A DNA stretch of 64,000 nucleotides. Origin: an uncultured Chloroflexia bacterium (GTDB taxonomy: Bacteria > Chloroflexota > Limnocylindria > Limnocylindrales > CSP1-4). Every line of letters begins with the position of its first letter. The stretch's first letter is position 1. Positions 18,214 through 29,100 of this stretch are shown here, in pieces. Both the position numbers and the translations under genes were made by a program. The stretch is from contig CAVYIM010000003.1 of assembly GCA_963768655.1 (NCBI GenBank), forward strand, positions 32,001 through 96,000, given 5' to 3'. Under the pieces are notes generated by a model that was not told the DNA's origin, searched no databases, and saw only the letters and a list, made by a program, of their open reading frames with translations.

Positions 18214-19305
18214 CGCACCGTTGAGGCCGCAGGCCTGACGCCCCGCCGTCCGTCCCGCGCTGCCCGCCCGGCGCCCCGCGTCCCGCTAGCGCCCGCGGCC
18301 CCGCCGCCCCGCTAACGGCCGCCCAGGCGGATCAGGATGATCGAGACCTCATACAGGCCGTACATGACCACGGCCATGACGATGGGACTGACGAAGTCCG
18401 CGCCCGGGGTGACGAGCTCGGAGAAGATCACGATCCCGAGGACGGCGATGCGGCGCGAGCTGCGCAGCCGGGCGGAGGTGACGATGCCGACCTTGGACAG
18501 CAGGACGAGAACGATCGGGAACTCCATCACCACCCCGAAGGCGATGAAGAGGACGGTGACGAAGCCGAAGTAGGCGTCGGCGGTCAGCATCAGCTTGATG
18601 TCTTTGGTCTGGAAGCCATACAGGAAGCCCGAGGCGTAGGGCAGGATGAAGTACGCCACGCCTACGCCGAGGGCGAAGAAGACCATCGCCGCGGGCACCC
18701 AGGGCCGGGCGGCCGATCGTTCGGCGGGTGTCAGCCCCGGCGATATGTAGCGCCAGAACTGGTACAGGATCACCGGCATGGCCAGGATGAACCCGACCGT
18801 GACCGCCACTTCGAGGTGGATCATGAAGGGCTCCGTCAGGCCCAGGGCGATGAGCGGCTCGGTGGTCGGCAGCGGCGCCTTTAGGATCTCGATCAGCCGA
18901 TCGGACACGAGAAAGCCGATGATCGTGCCCGGCACGAGGCTGAAGATCGAGATGAAGAAGCGGTTGCGCAGCTCGATCAGGTGGGCGGCGAGGGTCATGG
19001 CCGACTTGTCGAGCGGTTCGGGAGCGGGGGCCTCGTGGCGGCGGCGGAACGGCAGGTGCAGCCAGCCTCCTCGTCGGGCCGCCGGGCCGGCGACCGGGGC
19101 CGGGCCGCTCTGCAGTTGGTAGTTCGGATCCATCATCGGTCCCAAGCTAAGCCGCACCCCCCCGGGGAGTCGCCCGGGTCGGGAGTGACCCAAGCGCACC
19201 CGCGCAGGGCCAAGTATGCCTGTCGCGGGCCCTGGGCAACTGGCGCACGCCCGCTCGGGCCGGCGGGGGAGATCGGCCGGCCCGGTCCCGATGGGGCGGA
19301 GGTCA
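18214..19305 (+). repeat. 1,092-bp direct repeat, copy 1 (contains tatC)
   Basis: It matches 29130-30221 at a constant offset of 10,916. I saw only two differences (18241 C/T and 18261 T/C), and the encoded TatC proteins are identical. Confidence 0.95.
18312..19136 (-). CDS. tatC: Sec-independent protein translocase TatC (copy 1)
   Basis: MTLAAHLIELRNR, LTEPF, YQFWRYISPGLTPAER, FGVVMEFP and VTPGADF...LYEVSI. The start is probably the ATG-ATG at 19136. Confidence 0.95.
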   Translation of the reverse strand: MMDPNYQLQSGPAPVAGPAARRGGWLHLPFRRRHEAPAPEPLDKSAMTLAAHLIELRNRFFISIFSLVPGTIIGFLVSDRLIEILKAPLPTTEPLIALGLTEPFMIHLEVAVTVGFILAMPVILYQFWRYISPGLTPAERSAARPWVPAAMVFFALGVGVAYFILPYASGFLYGFQTKDIKLMLTADAYFGFVTVLFIAFGVVMEFPIVLVLLSKVGIVTSARLRSSRRIAVLGIVIFSELVTPGADFVSPIVMAVVMYGLYEVSIILIRLGGR

Positions 19306-19358
19306 GCCGGCAGCCGGGCTCGAGAGGCGAAGCTGTGCGACGGACGACAATTCCCGGA

Positions 19359-20315
19359 TCAAGCCTGCGGCCGCGACGCGGGTTCCTCGGGAGAAGCGGC
19401 TTCGTCCACTCCACCTACGATCGTCCGCCGCTCGCCTGTGATCACGTCCACCAGGATCAGCCTTCGGACGGAGGCCGCGAGCTGCTGGCGGGCCGCCGCG
19501 TCGAGGCCGCTGTCGGTGATCATCGTGTCGGCCTCTTCGAGCCGCGCCACCGAGCTGATGCCGATGATGCCCCACTTGGTGTGATCGGCGAGGACGATCA
19601 GGCGGCGTCCCGCCTGGATCAGGGCCCGGTTGGTCTCGGCTTCGAGGATGTTCGGCGTCGTGAAGCCGGACCGAGCATCCACGCCGTGGGTGCCCATGAA
19701 GACGCTGTCGACATGCAGCGATCGGATGACGTCGACCGCGAATGGTCCGACCAGCGCATCGGAAGGCGTGCGGACGCCGCCGCTCAGGATGACCGTCTGG
19801 TCCGGGCGGCCGTCCTTGTAGAGAACGTCCGCCACGGGGACCGAGTTCGTCAATACGGTCAGCCCGGGAATGTCGGTCAACCGTCTGGCCAGGGCGTAGG
19901 TGGTCGTCCCGGCCGAAATCGCGATAGCGGTGCCGGGTGTGACAAGTGACGCGGCGCTGACGGCGATCAGCTCCTTCTCGGCCTCCATGAGCGTCGACTT
20001 GACCGTGAACCCGGGCTCGAACAGGGAACTGCCCTCGATGGCCGCGGCCCCGCCGTGGACCTTCTCGATCAGGCCTCGTTCCTGGAGAAGCTCCAGATCG
20101 CGCCGGACGGTCATGTCCGACACGCCCAGGGACGTCACGAGGTCGGCCACCCGAACGGCCCCGTGCTCCCGCACCTGCTCGAGGATCAGCGCCTGGCGCT
20201 GGCGGGCCAGCGCCGGCCGACGAACCGCCAATTCCGCGACACGCGTCTCCTCGGGCGTGTGCTCGGCCCGATCTGAGTCCATCTCTGCCGGATCCTCGCT
20301 CATTTGATCAGCCAC
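19359..20315 (-). CDS. DeoR/GlpR-family transcriptional regulator
   Basis: HTH RQALIL...LGVSDMTVRRDLELL...KVHGGA and sugar-phosphate domain GTTT, TNS and LADHTKW. An alternative ATG lies at 20303. Confidence 0.93.
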   Translation of the reverse strand: MADQMSEDPAEMDSDRAEHTPEETRVAELAVRRPALARQRQALILEQVREHGAVRVADLVTSLGVSDMTVRRDLELLQERGLIEKVHGGAAAIEGSSLFEPGFTVKSTLMEAEKELIAVSAASLVTPGTAIAISAGTTTYALARRLTDIPGLTVLTNSVPVADVLYKDGRPDQTVILSGGVRTPSDALVGPFAVDVIRSLHVDSVFMGTHGVDARSGFTTPNILEAETNRALIQAGRRLIVLADHTKWGIIGISSVARLEEADTMITDSGLDAAARQQLAASVRRLILVDVITGERRTIVGGVDEAASPEEPASRPQA

Positions 20316-20335
20316 CCCCGGCCGATCCTCTTTCC

Positions 20336-20459
20336 ATCCTGCCCCACTCGGCGCGGCAAGTCAACGCATTCGCACATAACTCAACGAAATGCTCAGATGT
20401 ACTTGACACCCGGCCGAGGATAGCCCGACAATCGGTCGAGCCTGTTGGTTCCTGTTGAA
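20336..20459. promoter_or_regulatory. Divergent promoter pair with putative DeoR operator
   Basis: Leftward TTGACT-N17-CAGGAT (20364 to 20336) and rightward TTGACA(20403)-N18-GACAAT(20427). A 10-bp-period direct repeat TGTTGGTTCCTGTTGAA lies at 20443-20459. Confidence 0.7.
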
Positions 20460-20504
20460 CCACGGCCGACCTAATCGGCCCGAACAGGGAGGAGATGGCG
20501 CCCA

Positions 20505-21908
20505 ATGGATGATCTGGAGAAGAAACCGGGCTTTCTGACGGGTGGGAAAGTCACTCGGCGTGAAGTCCTCAAGACGGGCGTGATCGCCGCAGCCGGGCTG
20601 ACCGTGCTGCCGGCCGTCATCGCCGCCTGCGGCGGCAGCAGCGCGACGCCGGCCCCCGCGGTCAAGGTCGGAAGCAACCACTCCGACCCGAGCGAGCTCA
20701 AGGGCATGGTGGCCATCGACGCCGCCTTCGCGACGGCGTCTGGCGTGACGCCCACGCTGAACACAGTCGACCACAACACGTTCCAGGACCAGATCAACAA
20801 CTACCTCGGCGGCACCCCCGACGACGTATTCACCTGGTTCTCCGGGTTCCGGATGCGGTTCTTCGCATCCAAGAGCCTGGCCACCGCGATCGATAGCGTG
20901 TGGAACGCGGCCGGTGTCTCCAGCAACTTCACTGCCGGCTTCACCGGATCCGTCACCGGCAGCGACAATCACATCTACGGCATCCCGGTCGACTACTACC
21001 CGTGGTGCGTCTTCTACCGCCCGAGCGTGTGGGCGGCCAAGAACTACCAGGTCCCGGCTGACTGGACGTCATTCCTCGCCCTCTGCGCGCAGATGAAGAC
21101 GGACGGCCTTACGCCGATCGCCTTCTCCGACAAGGACGGCTGGCCGGCGATGGGCACGTTCGACATCATCGACCTGCGCCTGAACGGGTATGACTACCAC
21201 GTCAACCTGATGACCGGTAACGGGGCGAAGTGGACCGACCCGCAGGTCACCAACGTCTTCAAGTCCTGGGCCCAGCTCGTTCCGTTCTACACCAACGGCT
21301 ACGCTGGCCTGACCTGGCAGCAGGCGTGCGACACCCTCATCGCCAAGCAAGCTGGCATGTTCTTCCTCGGCCTCTTCTTGACGGGCGAGTTCGCCACCGT
21401 GGAAACCACCGTCACTGACGTCGACTTCTTCCCGTGGCCGACCATGGGCACGCAGTACGATGCCGAGGCCGCTCTCGACGCGCCGATCGACATCTGGATG
21501 ATGAGCGCCAAGTCGCCGACCCTCCAGCAGAACATGGCTACTGCCCAGCAGTACCTCTCCTTCTGGGCCAAGGGCTCCACGCAGGTGCTCATGTACAAGG
21601 CCAACAACGGGTTCATCCCGACGGCCAACGACGCGGACACCAGCTCCTACGACCCGCTGACGAAGAAGGCCGTCGCCATCGTCAGCGCCGCCAAGAAGAT
21701 CACCCAGTTCATGGACCGCGACACGCGGCCGGACTTCGCGGGCGCCAACGGAATGCAGAGCTTCCTGCTCACGTTCCTGAACGCACCCACGGCGGATACG
21801 ACGCAGCTTCAGTCGCAGATCCAGGCCTTCTGGGATAATCTGCCGCCGTACAACGCCACCCCGAACGGAACCTTCAACCCGGCCACGCCGACTCCGGCGG
21901 CCAGCTAG
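20505..21908 (+). CDS. Sugar ABC transporter substrate-binding lipoprotein with twin-arginine signal
   Basis: TRREVLK Tat motif followed by a hydrophobic stretch and IAAC lipobox. SBP family 1 features include PDDVFTWFSG and IYGIP. It is the first gene of the ABC operon. Confidence 0.9.
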   Translation: MDDLEKKPGFLTGGKVTRREVLKTGVIAAAGLTVLPAVIAACGGSSATPAPAVKVGSNHSDPSELKGMVAIDAAFATASGVTPTLNTVDHNTFQDQINNYLGGTPDDVFTWFSGFRMRFFASKSLATAIDSVWNAAGVSSNFTAGFTGSVTGSDNHIYGIPVDYYPWCVFYRPSVWAAKNYQVPADWTSFLALCAQMKTDGLTPIAFSDKDGWPAMGTFDIIDLRLNGYDYHVNLMTGNGAKWTDPQVTNVFKSWAQLVPFYTNGYAGLTWQQACDTLIAKQAGMFFLGLFLTGEFATVETTVTDVDFFPWPTMGTQYDAEAALDAPIDIWMMSAKSPTLQQNMATAQQYLSFWAKGSTQVLMYKANNGFIPTANDADTSSYDPLTKKAVAIVSAAKKITQFMDRDTRPDFAGANGMQSFLLTFLNAPTADTTQLQSQIQAFWDNLPPYNATPNGTFNPATPTPAAS

Positions 21909-21950
21909 CTCTAGCCTATCAACTCCACCCGTCAGCCTGTAGGGCATTCG

Positions 21951-22934
21951 ATGTCCGAACTGGAGCCTCAGGCTCTCGCTCCCGCCCCGGCGAACACCGC
22001 CGGGGCGGGAGCCTCTTCATCCAGGAAGAAACGGCGGCGCTACAGCCTCCTGACGTCGCGCGACAAGCTGTTGCTCACCCTCATGGTGGGCGTGCCCCTC
22101 GCCATCTTCATGATCTTGATCTGGGCGATGGTCATTGTCTCGCTCATATGGTCCTTCACGGACTGGCAGGGGATAGGCCCACTCCACTTCGTCGGCCTGC
22201 AGGAGTACAACTACCTGTTCACCGGCTATCCCCCCTTCTGGCCGGCGCTCTCGCACAACCTGCTGTGGCTGCTCTTCTTCGTTTGTATCGCCACCCCGAT
22301 CGGGATATTCCTCGCGGTGCTGCTCGACCGGCCGCTGAGGGGGTCCCGGATCTACCAGAGTATCTTCTTCACGCCGGTGGTCCTGTCGCTGGCGGTCGTC
22401 GGATTCATCTGGGAGCTCCAGTACTCACCGATTGCCGGCCACGGCTTCATCGACAGCTTCCTGGCAGCCACCGGCCTCGTGGCCCCGATCAACACACCCG
22501 ACTGGCTGGGCGACAAGTCCATCAACATCTGGGCGGTTCTGGTTGCGGCCAGCTGGCGCCACATCGGCTACATCATGGTCCTGTATCTGGCCGGATTGAA
22601 GAGCGTGGATCCGTCGCTGCGTGAGGCCGCGGCCATCGATGGAGCAAGCGAGACCCAGACCTTCTTCCATGTCGTATTCCCGGTGATGGCCCCGATCAAC
22701 GTCGTCATCGTCGTGGTGACCGTGATCGAATCCCTCCGGGCCTTCGACATCGTCTACATCATCAACCACGGCAAGAACGGTCTCGAGCTGCTGTCCACAC
22801 TGATCACCAACAGCAGCATCAGTGAGGCCAGCCTGATCGGCTTCGGATCGGCCATCGCCGTCGTGCTGCTCGTGATCTCACTCGTGCCCATCGTGCTCTA
22901 CCTGACCCGCGTCATGAGATCGGAGGAACAGTGA
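21951..22934 (+). CDS. Carbohydrate ABC transporter permease (MalF-like)
   Basis: SFTDW, FVGL and EAA loop LAGLKSVDPSLREAAAIDGA. Confidence 0.93.
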   Translation: MSELEPQALAPAPANTAGAGASSSRKKRRRYSLLTSRDKLLLTLMVGVPLAIFMILIWAMVIVSLIWSFTDWQGIGPLHFVGLQEYNYLFTGYPPFWPALSHNLLWLLFFVCIATPIGIFLAVLLDRPLRGSRIYQSIFFTPVVLSLAVVGFIWELQYSPIAGHGFIDSFLAATGLVAPINTPDWLGDKSINIWAVLVAASWRHIGYIMVLYLAGLKSVDPSLREAAAIDGASETQTFFHVVFPVMAPINVVIVVVTVIESLRAFDIVYIINHGKNGLELLSTLITNSSISEASLIGFGSAIAVVLLVISLVPIVLYLTRVMRSEEQ

Positions 22935-23842
22935 GCGCCACCGTGGCGATGGCGGGACAGCGGACGGCGCACAACCGCGCTCGGCGGCGGCTGTCACGCA
23001 TCGGCCTCTACATCTTCCTGACCGTGCTCGCGTTCATCTTCCTCTGGCCGATGCTGTACGCGCTGTACACGTCGTTGCGCCCCTACGGCGAGATCGTCGC
23101 CAACGTGAACGGCCCCTTCTCGACGCCCAAGACGCTCAGTCTGAACAACTACATCGAGGTCTGGAACAACTCAAATCTCTCCCAGTATTTCTGGAACACG
23201 GCCGTCATCACCATTCCCGCCGTGATCCTCACGCTCTGGATTTCCTCGATGCTGGCGTTTGCCATCTCGCGCTACAGGTGGCGCTTCAACCTGATCGTCC
23301 TGATGATCTTCACCGCCGGCAACCTGTTGCCGCCCCAGATCATCATCGTGCCGCTGTACCGGCTGTATCTGCTCATACCAGTTCCGGCTCCGCTCAGCGA
23401 CAACGGCGTCATGTACAACCAGTTCATCGGGCTGATTCTCATCCACACGACCTTCCAGACCGGCTTCTGCACCTTCGTGTTGAGCAACTACATGAAGACG
23501 TTGTCCATGGAGCTGGTCGAGGCCGCGATGATCGACGGCGCCGGCGTATTCACGATCTACTCTCGCGTCGTCCTGCCCCTGGTCCGGCCGGCGCTGGCGG
23601 CCCTTGCCACCCTCCTGTTCGTCTGGATCTACAACGACTTCTTCTGGGCGCTGATGCTGTTCGAGTCGGGTGGTAAACGGCCGATCACCGCGGCGCTGAA
23701 CAACCTTTCGGGCACGTTCTTCACCGACCCAACGCAGTTAGCGGCGCTGTCTGTTATTGCGGCCATACCAACAATCGTGCTCTACATGATTCTGCAGCGC
23801 TACTTCATCACCGGCCTGACGCTCGGGTCGGCCAAGGGCTGA
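22931..23842 (+). CDS. Carbohydrate ABC transporter permease (MalG-like)
   Basis: EAA loop ELVEAAMIDGA, WIYNDFFW and C-terminal QRYFITGLTLGSAKG. GTGA overlap with the upstream permease. Confidence 0.93.
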   Translation: MSATVAMAGQRTAHNRARRRLSRIGLYIFLTVLAFIFLWPMLYALYTSLRPYGEIVANVNGPFSTPKTLSLNNYIEVWNNSNLSQYFWNTAVITIPAVILTLWISSMLAFAISRYRWRFNLIVLMIFTAGNLLPPQIIIVPLYRLYLLIPVPAPLSDNGVMYNQFIGLILIHTTFQTGFCTFVLSNYMKTLSMELVEAAMIDGAGVFTIYSRVVLPLVRPALAALATLLFVWIYNDFFWALMLFESGGKRPITAALNNLSGTFFTDPTQLAALSVIAAIPTIVLYMILQRYFITGLTLGSAKG

Positions 23843-23877
23843 CGCACAGCAGGTCAGACGCCGCCAGCGGGAGTCCG

Positions 23878-26100
23878 ATGGCTATCGAGTGGTCCGCGGC
23901 GGCCCGCGAGTTCCATCTCCGGAACGACCAGATCAGCTACGTGATGCGCGTGCTCGAGAACGGCTCGCTCGGGCACGTGTACTTCGGTGCGGCTCTCGCG
24001 GAGGGGAAGTCGTACGGACACCTCATGCCGGGGGAGTTCTTCGGCTTCTCGAACAGGCTCGGCCAGCCGGTGCCGCTCGAGTTCCCCAGCGGAGGTACTG
24101 GCGACTACCGGATCCCGGCCCTGACCGTTGAACTGGCCGACGGCTCCGGCGTGGTGGAGCTGCGCTACAGGAGCCACCGCATACTGCCCGGCAAGAGGAA
24201 CGTCCCGGGGCTGCCCGCGACCTATGTCGATCTCGGAGTCGAGGCGGAGACCCTGGAAGTCACCCTCGCCGACCACGTGGCGCAGATCGAAGTCCGCCTC
24301 CTGTACACGATCTATGGCGAACGCCCGGTGGTGGTTCGAGGCGCTCGGATAGTCAACTCCGGCACAGCCGCCGTGGTCGTGCGAGGCGCCATGAGCGCGT
24401 CGCTGGATCTGCCCGACTCGGATTGGGAACTCCTCTCGCTCAGCGGGGAATGGGCCCGGGAATGCCACGTGGAGCGGCTCGCCCTTCGCCCCGGCCGGCA
24501 ATCCGTATCGAGCAATCGGGGAGCGTCAAGCCACCAGCACAATCCGTTCGTGGCCCTGATGCGCCCGGCGACAACCGAGGAGCACGGCGAGGCATACGGC
24601 TTCTCCCTGGTCTACTCCGGCAACTTCCTCCTCGAGGCGGAGGTCGAGCCGTTCGGGACGACCCGAGTGCGCGCCGGCATCAATCCCGACGGGTTCGCCT
24701 GGCTGCTGGAGCCCGGCGCCGAGTTCATCACGCCGGAGGCGGTGCTGGCCTTCTCGGCCGCCGGACTCGGCGAGCTGAGCGATGCATACCATCGCCTCTT
24801 CCGCGAGCGCCTGACGAGCTTCAAGTGGCGCGATCGGGATCGGCCCATAGTCATCAACAACTGGGAGGCGACCTACTTCGACTTCGACGAGCCGAAGCTG
24901 CTGGCCATCGCTTCCGCGGCCCACGATCTGGGGATCGAGCTGTTCGTTCTCGACGACGGCTGGTTTGGCCGGCGCAACAACGACACGACCTCGCTCGGCG
25001 ACTGGCAGGTCAACCCCTCCAAACTGCCTGGCGGACTCAATTCGCTGGCCCGCAAGGTCGAGGCCATCGGTATGCAATTCGGCCTCTGGATCGAGCCCGA
25101 GATGGTCAGCCGCCAGAGCCAGCTGTTCGCCGATCACCCGGAATGGGCCATCGGCATCCCGACGCGTCCGCGCACGGAAGGCCGGAGCCAGTACGTGCTC
25201 GACATGTCCCGACCGGAAGTCGTCAACCATCTCTTCCAGGTCGTGTCCGGGATTCTCGGCAGCGCTCCCATCTCCTACGTGAAATGGGACATGAATCGGA
25301 CCATCACGGAGCCGTACAGCCCGACCCTCCCGGCCTGGCGGCAGGGCGAATTCATGCATCGCTACATCCTCGGCGTCTACTCGCTCTACGACCGGCTGAC
25401 GAAGGCGTTTCCCGAGGTTCTCTTCGAGTCCTGCGCCGGCGGCGGCGGTCGGTTCGATCCGGGCATGCTCGCCTTCGCCCCGCAGGCGTGGGCGAGCGAC
25501 GACACGGACGCCGTCGAGCGCCTGCGGATTCAATGGGGGACGTCGCTGCCCTACCCGCTCAGCGCGATCTCCGCGCACGTCTCCGCCGTTCCGAACCACC
25601 AGGTCGGGCGGGTTACGCCGCTCGCCACCAGAGCGGCCGTGGCGTTCTTCGGCGTCTTCGGCTACGAGCTCGATCCGACGACCCTCTCGGTCGAGGAACG
25701 GGCCGAGATCGCCGATCAGGTCGCCTTCTACAAGCAGTGGCGCGAGCTGCTCCAGCGCGGCCGGTTCCTGCGCTTGCGCAGCCCATTCGAGGGCGACGGG
25801 AACGAGACCGCCTGGATGACCGTGGCCCGTGACGTCCGTTCGGCGATCGTCGGCCACTACCGGATCCTGAGCCGCCCGAACCCGGGGCCGCAGCGGCTGC
25901 GGCTGCGCGGCCTGGACCCGACGGCGTCATATCGACTATCCATCTGGCCTGCCGCCGGCCAGGTCGAGGGCGTGCCATCGAAACCGGTCGTCCTCGGCGG
26001 AGACGAGCTGATGGCCGCCGGGCTCGTCCTCGAGTCGAACCGCGCTTCAGCCGAGCGGGGCGATTTCCGCGCCCGCCTGTACGTCCTGGAAGCTACCTAG
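23878..26100 (+). CDS. Alpha-galactosidase, glycoside hydrolase family 36
   Basis: INNWEATYFDF, LFVLDDGWFG, FGLWIEPEMV, YVKWDMNR (nucleophile), ESCAGGGGRFD and WASDDTD. Confidence 0.95.
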   Translation: MAIEWSAAAREFHLRNDQISYVMRVLENGSLGHVYFGAALAEGKSYGHLMPGEFFGFSNRLGQPVPLEFPSGGTGDYRIPALTVELADGSGVVELRYRSHRILPGKRNVPGLPATYVDLGVEAETLEVTLADHVAQIEVRLLYTIYGERPVVVRGARIVNSGTAAVVVRGAMSASLDLPDSDWELLSLSGEWARECHVERLALRPGRQSVSSNRGASSHQHNPFVALMRPATTEEHGEAYGFSLVYSGNFLLEAEVEPFGTTRVRAGINPDGFAWLLEPGAEFITPEAVLAFSAAGLGELSDAYHRLFRERLTSFKWRDRDRPIVINNWEATYFDFDEPKLLAIASAAHDLGIELFVLDDGWFGRRNNDTTSLGDWQVNPSKLPGGLNSLARKVEAIGMQFGLWIEPEMVSRQSQLFADHPEWAIGIPTRPRTEGRSQYVLDMSRPEVVNHLFQVVSGILGSAPISYVKWDMNRTITEPYSPTLPAWRQGEFMHRYILGVYSLYDRLTKAFPEVLFESCAGGGGRFDPGMLAFAPQAWASDDTDAVERLRIQWGTSLPYPLSAISAHVSAVPNHQVGRVTPLATRAAVAFFGVFGYELDPTTLSVEERAEIADQVAFYKQWRELLQRGRFLRLRSPFEGDGNETAWMTVARDVRSAIVGHYRILSRPNPGPQRLRLRGLDPTASYRLSIWPAAGQVEGVPSKPVVLGGDELMAAGLVLESNRASAERGDFRARLYVLEAT

Positions 26101-26121
26101 GAGGCTCCCGGAGGCCGCGCC

Positions 26122-29100
26122 ATGCTCTCCCGACCCTGGGCCACGCCCGAGCTGACATCCGTGGGCCGTCTGCCGATGCACAGCGTGGTGCACGTGGATC
26201 GGATCGCGCTGGACGGTCGCTGGCAATTCCAGCTGCTTCACACGCCGGAGGAGGAACTCGCGGCGCAGTGGAGCGAGGTGGACGTCCCCGGTTGCTGGAC
26301 GATGCAGGGCTTCTTCGATCTGCCGCACTACACCAACGTCCAGATGCCCTTCTCAGGCAAACCGCCGCAGCTTCCGCCCGTGAATCCCACGGGCGTCTAC
26401 GAGCGCGACTTCGAGCTGCCGGCCGGATGGGTCGCCGGGCGGCGCGTCGTCCTCCACGTGGGCGCGGCCGAGAGCGTCTTGATCGCCGCCGTCAACGGGC
26501 AGCAGGTCGGCATCAGCAAGGACTCACATCTGGCCGCCGAGTTCGACGTCACGAGCATCGTTCGCCCCGGAGCCAACTCCATCTCATTGCGCGTCGTGAA
26601 GTGGTCCGATGCCACGTACATCGAGGACCAGGACCAGTGGTGGCACGGCGGCATCACCCGCTCTGTGTATCTATACGCCACGCCGCGCATCCATCTCGCC
26701 GACGTGCGGGTCAACGCCGGCCTGGCGGACGATCTGCGGACCGGCACCTTCGAGCTGGTGGCCGATGTCGATTTCGGCGGCGCGGACGAGGAGGCCGGCT
26801 GGACGATCGAGGCGAAACTGGGCGATCTGGCTCCGCTCGCGGCGGCCGTGCCGTTCGCCGGCGTGCGCCCGGGCGGCCGCGTCAGCCGCGCCGACATGGC
26901 ACCGCTGAGCCGCCACCGCTTCGCCATCGTGGCCAAGCGGGCGTCGGTCGGCCTGGAGGGGCCCGAGGAGGCCCGCTGGCAGGCGCTTGCGCCGCAGCTG
27001 CACCCGCCGGTCGATGGCCGCGCAGCCCTGCGCACCGAGATCGCGGGCGTCAGACAATGGTCCGCTGAGCAGCCTCATCTCTATCCGCTGCACGTCGCGC
27101 TGAGGTCGCCTTCGGGCGAGACGTTCGAACAGCTCGACCTGCGGGTCGGCTTCCGGCGGGTCGAGATCGTCGGCCGCGATCTGCTCATCAACGGCGCCGC
27201 CGTCCTCATTCGCGGCGTCAATCGCCACGACTTCGACCAGTACGCGGGCCGCGTCATCTCGGCCGAGTCGATGCGGGCGGATCTGGTGGCGATGAAACAG
27301 TTCGGCTTCAACGCCGTCCGGACCTCCCACTACCCCAACGATCCCGTATTCCTCGATCTCACCGACGAGCTGGGCCTGTATGTGATAGCCGAAGCTGACA
27401 TCGAGTCGCACGCCTTCATCGACGAACTCTGCAACGACCCGCGCTACCTGAACGCCTGGGTGGATCGCGCCGCTCGATTGGTCCGCCGGGACAAGAACCA
27501 CGCGTCGGTGATCGTATGGTCGCTCGGAAACGAGTCGGGCCACGGTGTCAACCACGACGCCGAGGCCGGCTACATCCGGCGCTACGATCCCAGCCGCCCG
27601 CTCCACTATGAGGGCGCGATCCGGTGGGACTGGTCGAGCGATCAGAAGGTCAGCGACATCACCTGCCCGATGTATCCGCCCATCTCCGCCATCGTCGCCC
27701 ACGCCGGGTCGGGCCGGCAACGCCACCCGCTGATCATGTGCGAGTACTCGCATGCCATGGGCAACAGCAATGGCACGCTGGCCGAGTACTGGGACGCGAT
27801 CGAGTCCACGGACGGCCTCCAGGGTGGATTCATCTGGGAGTGGTGGGACCACGGTCTGGTCCAACGGCTGCCCGACGGCGCGACTCGCTGGGCCTACGGC
27901 GGCGACTTCGACGACGAACCCAACGACGGCAACTTCTGTCTGGACGGCCTGAACTGGCCGGACCGGAGGCCGAAGCCGGCCCTGTGGGAGCATCGCCAGC
28001 TCGCGGCTCCCGTTCGCGTGTCGGCGAGTCCCGAGGCGTTGCGCGAGGGTTCGGTCGAGGTGTCGAACCGCCAGTACTTCACCGGCCTGGGCTGGCTGCG
28101 TGCCCGCTGGGAGCTCACCGCCGACGGAGAGATCGTCGCCGGGGGCGAGCTCCCGCTGCCGGAGGTGGCGCCGGGCGCCGGCGCCACCGTTCGACTGCCG
28201 GGCTGGAAGGCTCCCGCGTCCGACGTCCGCGAGCTGTGGCTGATGCTGCGCTTCCGGACTGCCGCGGCCGAGGCGTGGGCCCCGGCGGGCTTCGAGGTCG
28301 GCTGGGCCCAGCTGCTCGTCGCACCCGGGACGCCCGAGCTGGCTCGGCCGTCAGCCAGACCGGTTCCCGGCGGCGAGGTCGAGCTGGATGCCGAGGGGCT
28401 GCTGGTGCACGAGTTCCTGGCCGGCGCTCCACGACTCTCCCTCTGGCGCGCCCCGACGGACAACGATCGCATAGCCGGTCTTGCGGCGCGGTGGCGGGAA
28501 CTGGGAGTGGATCGGCTGTCGCGCACGTTGAAAGAGATCCGGCGCGAGGCGCACGGTCCTGTCGTCGTTGCCGAGGTGCGGACGGCGACGGGCATCGCAG
28601 TGGCCCACGAGGAGCGGTTCGAGGCGCTGGAGGGCGGGGGGATCCTCGTTCACGAGACGGTCCGCATCCCCGAGGAGCTGTCCGACCTGGCTCGCGTGGG
28701 CATCGTGCTGGAGACCGTTCCAGGTTTCGAGCAGGTCGAATGGCTCGGCCGCGGACCGATGGAGACCTACCCCGACCGCCGCCGTTCCGGCGCGCTGGGA
28801 AGGTGGCAGTCGACGGTTTCGGAGTTGTACGTGCCCTACGTCAGGCCGCAGGAGAACGGGGGCCGGGCCGACGTCCGCTGGATCGAACTGTCCGACGGCC
28901 AGGGCCGCGGCCTCCGCTTCGGGTTTGATCGGCCGCGCCAGGTTTCGGCAACGCATTTCCGGGCCGAGGATCTGGCGGCCGCGGCCCATGACGTGGAGCT
29001 GGTCGCCCGCGCCGAGACGATCGTCCATCTCGATGCCGCGCACCGCGGCCTGGGTACGGCCAGCTGCGGCCCGGACACGCTGCCGGAGTATCTGGTCGGA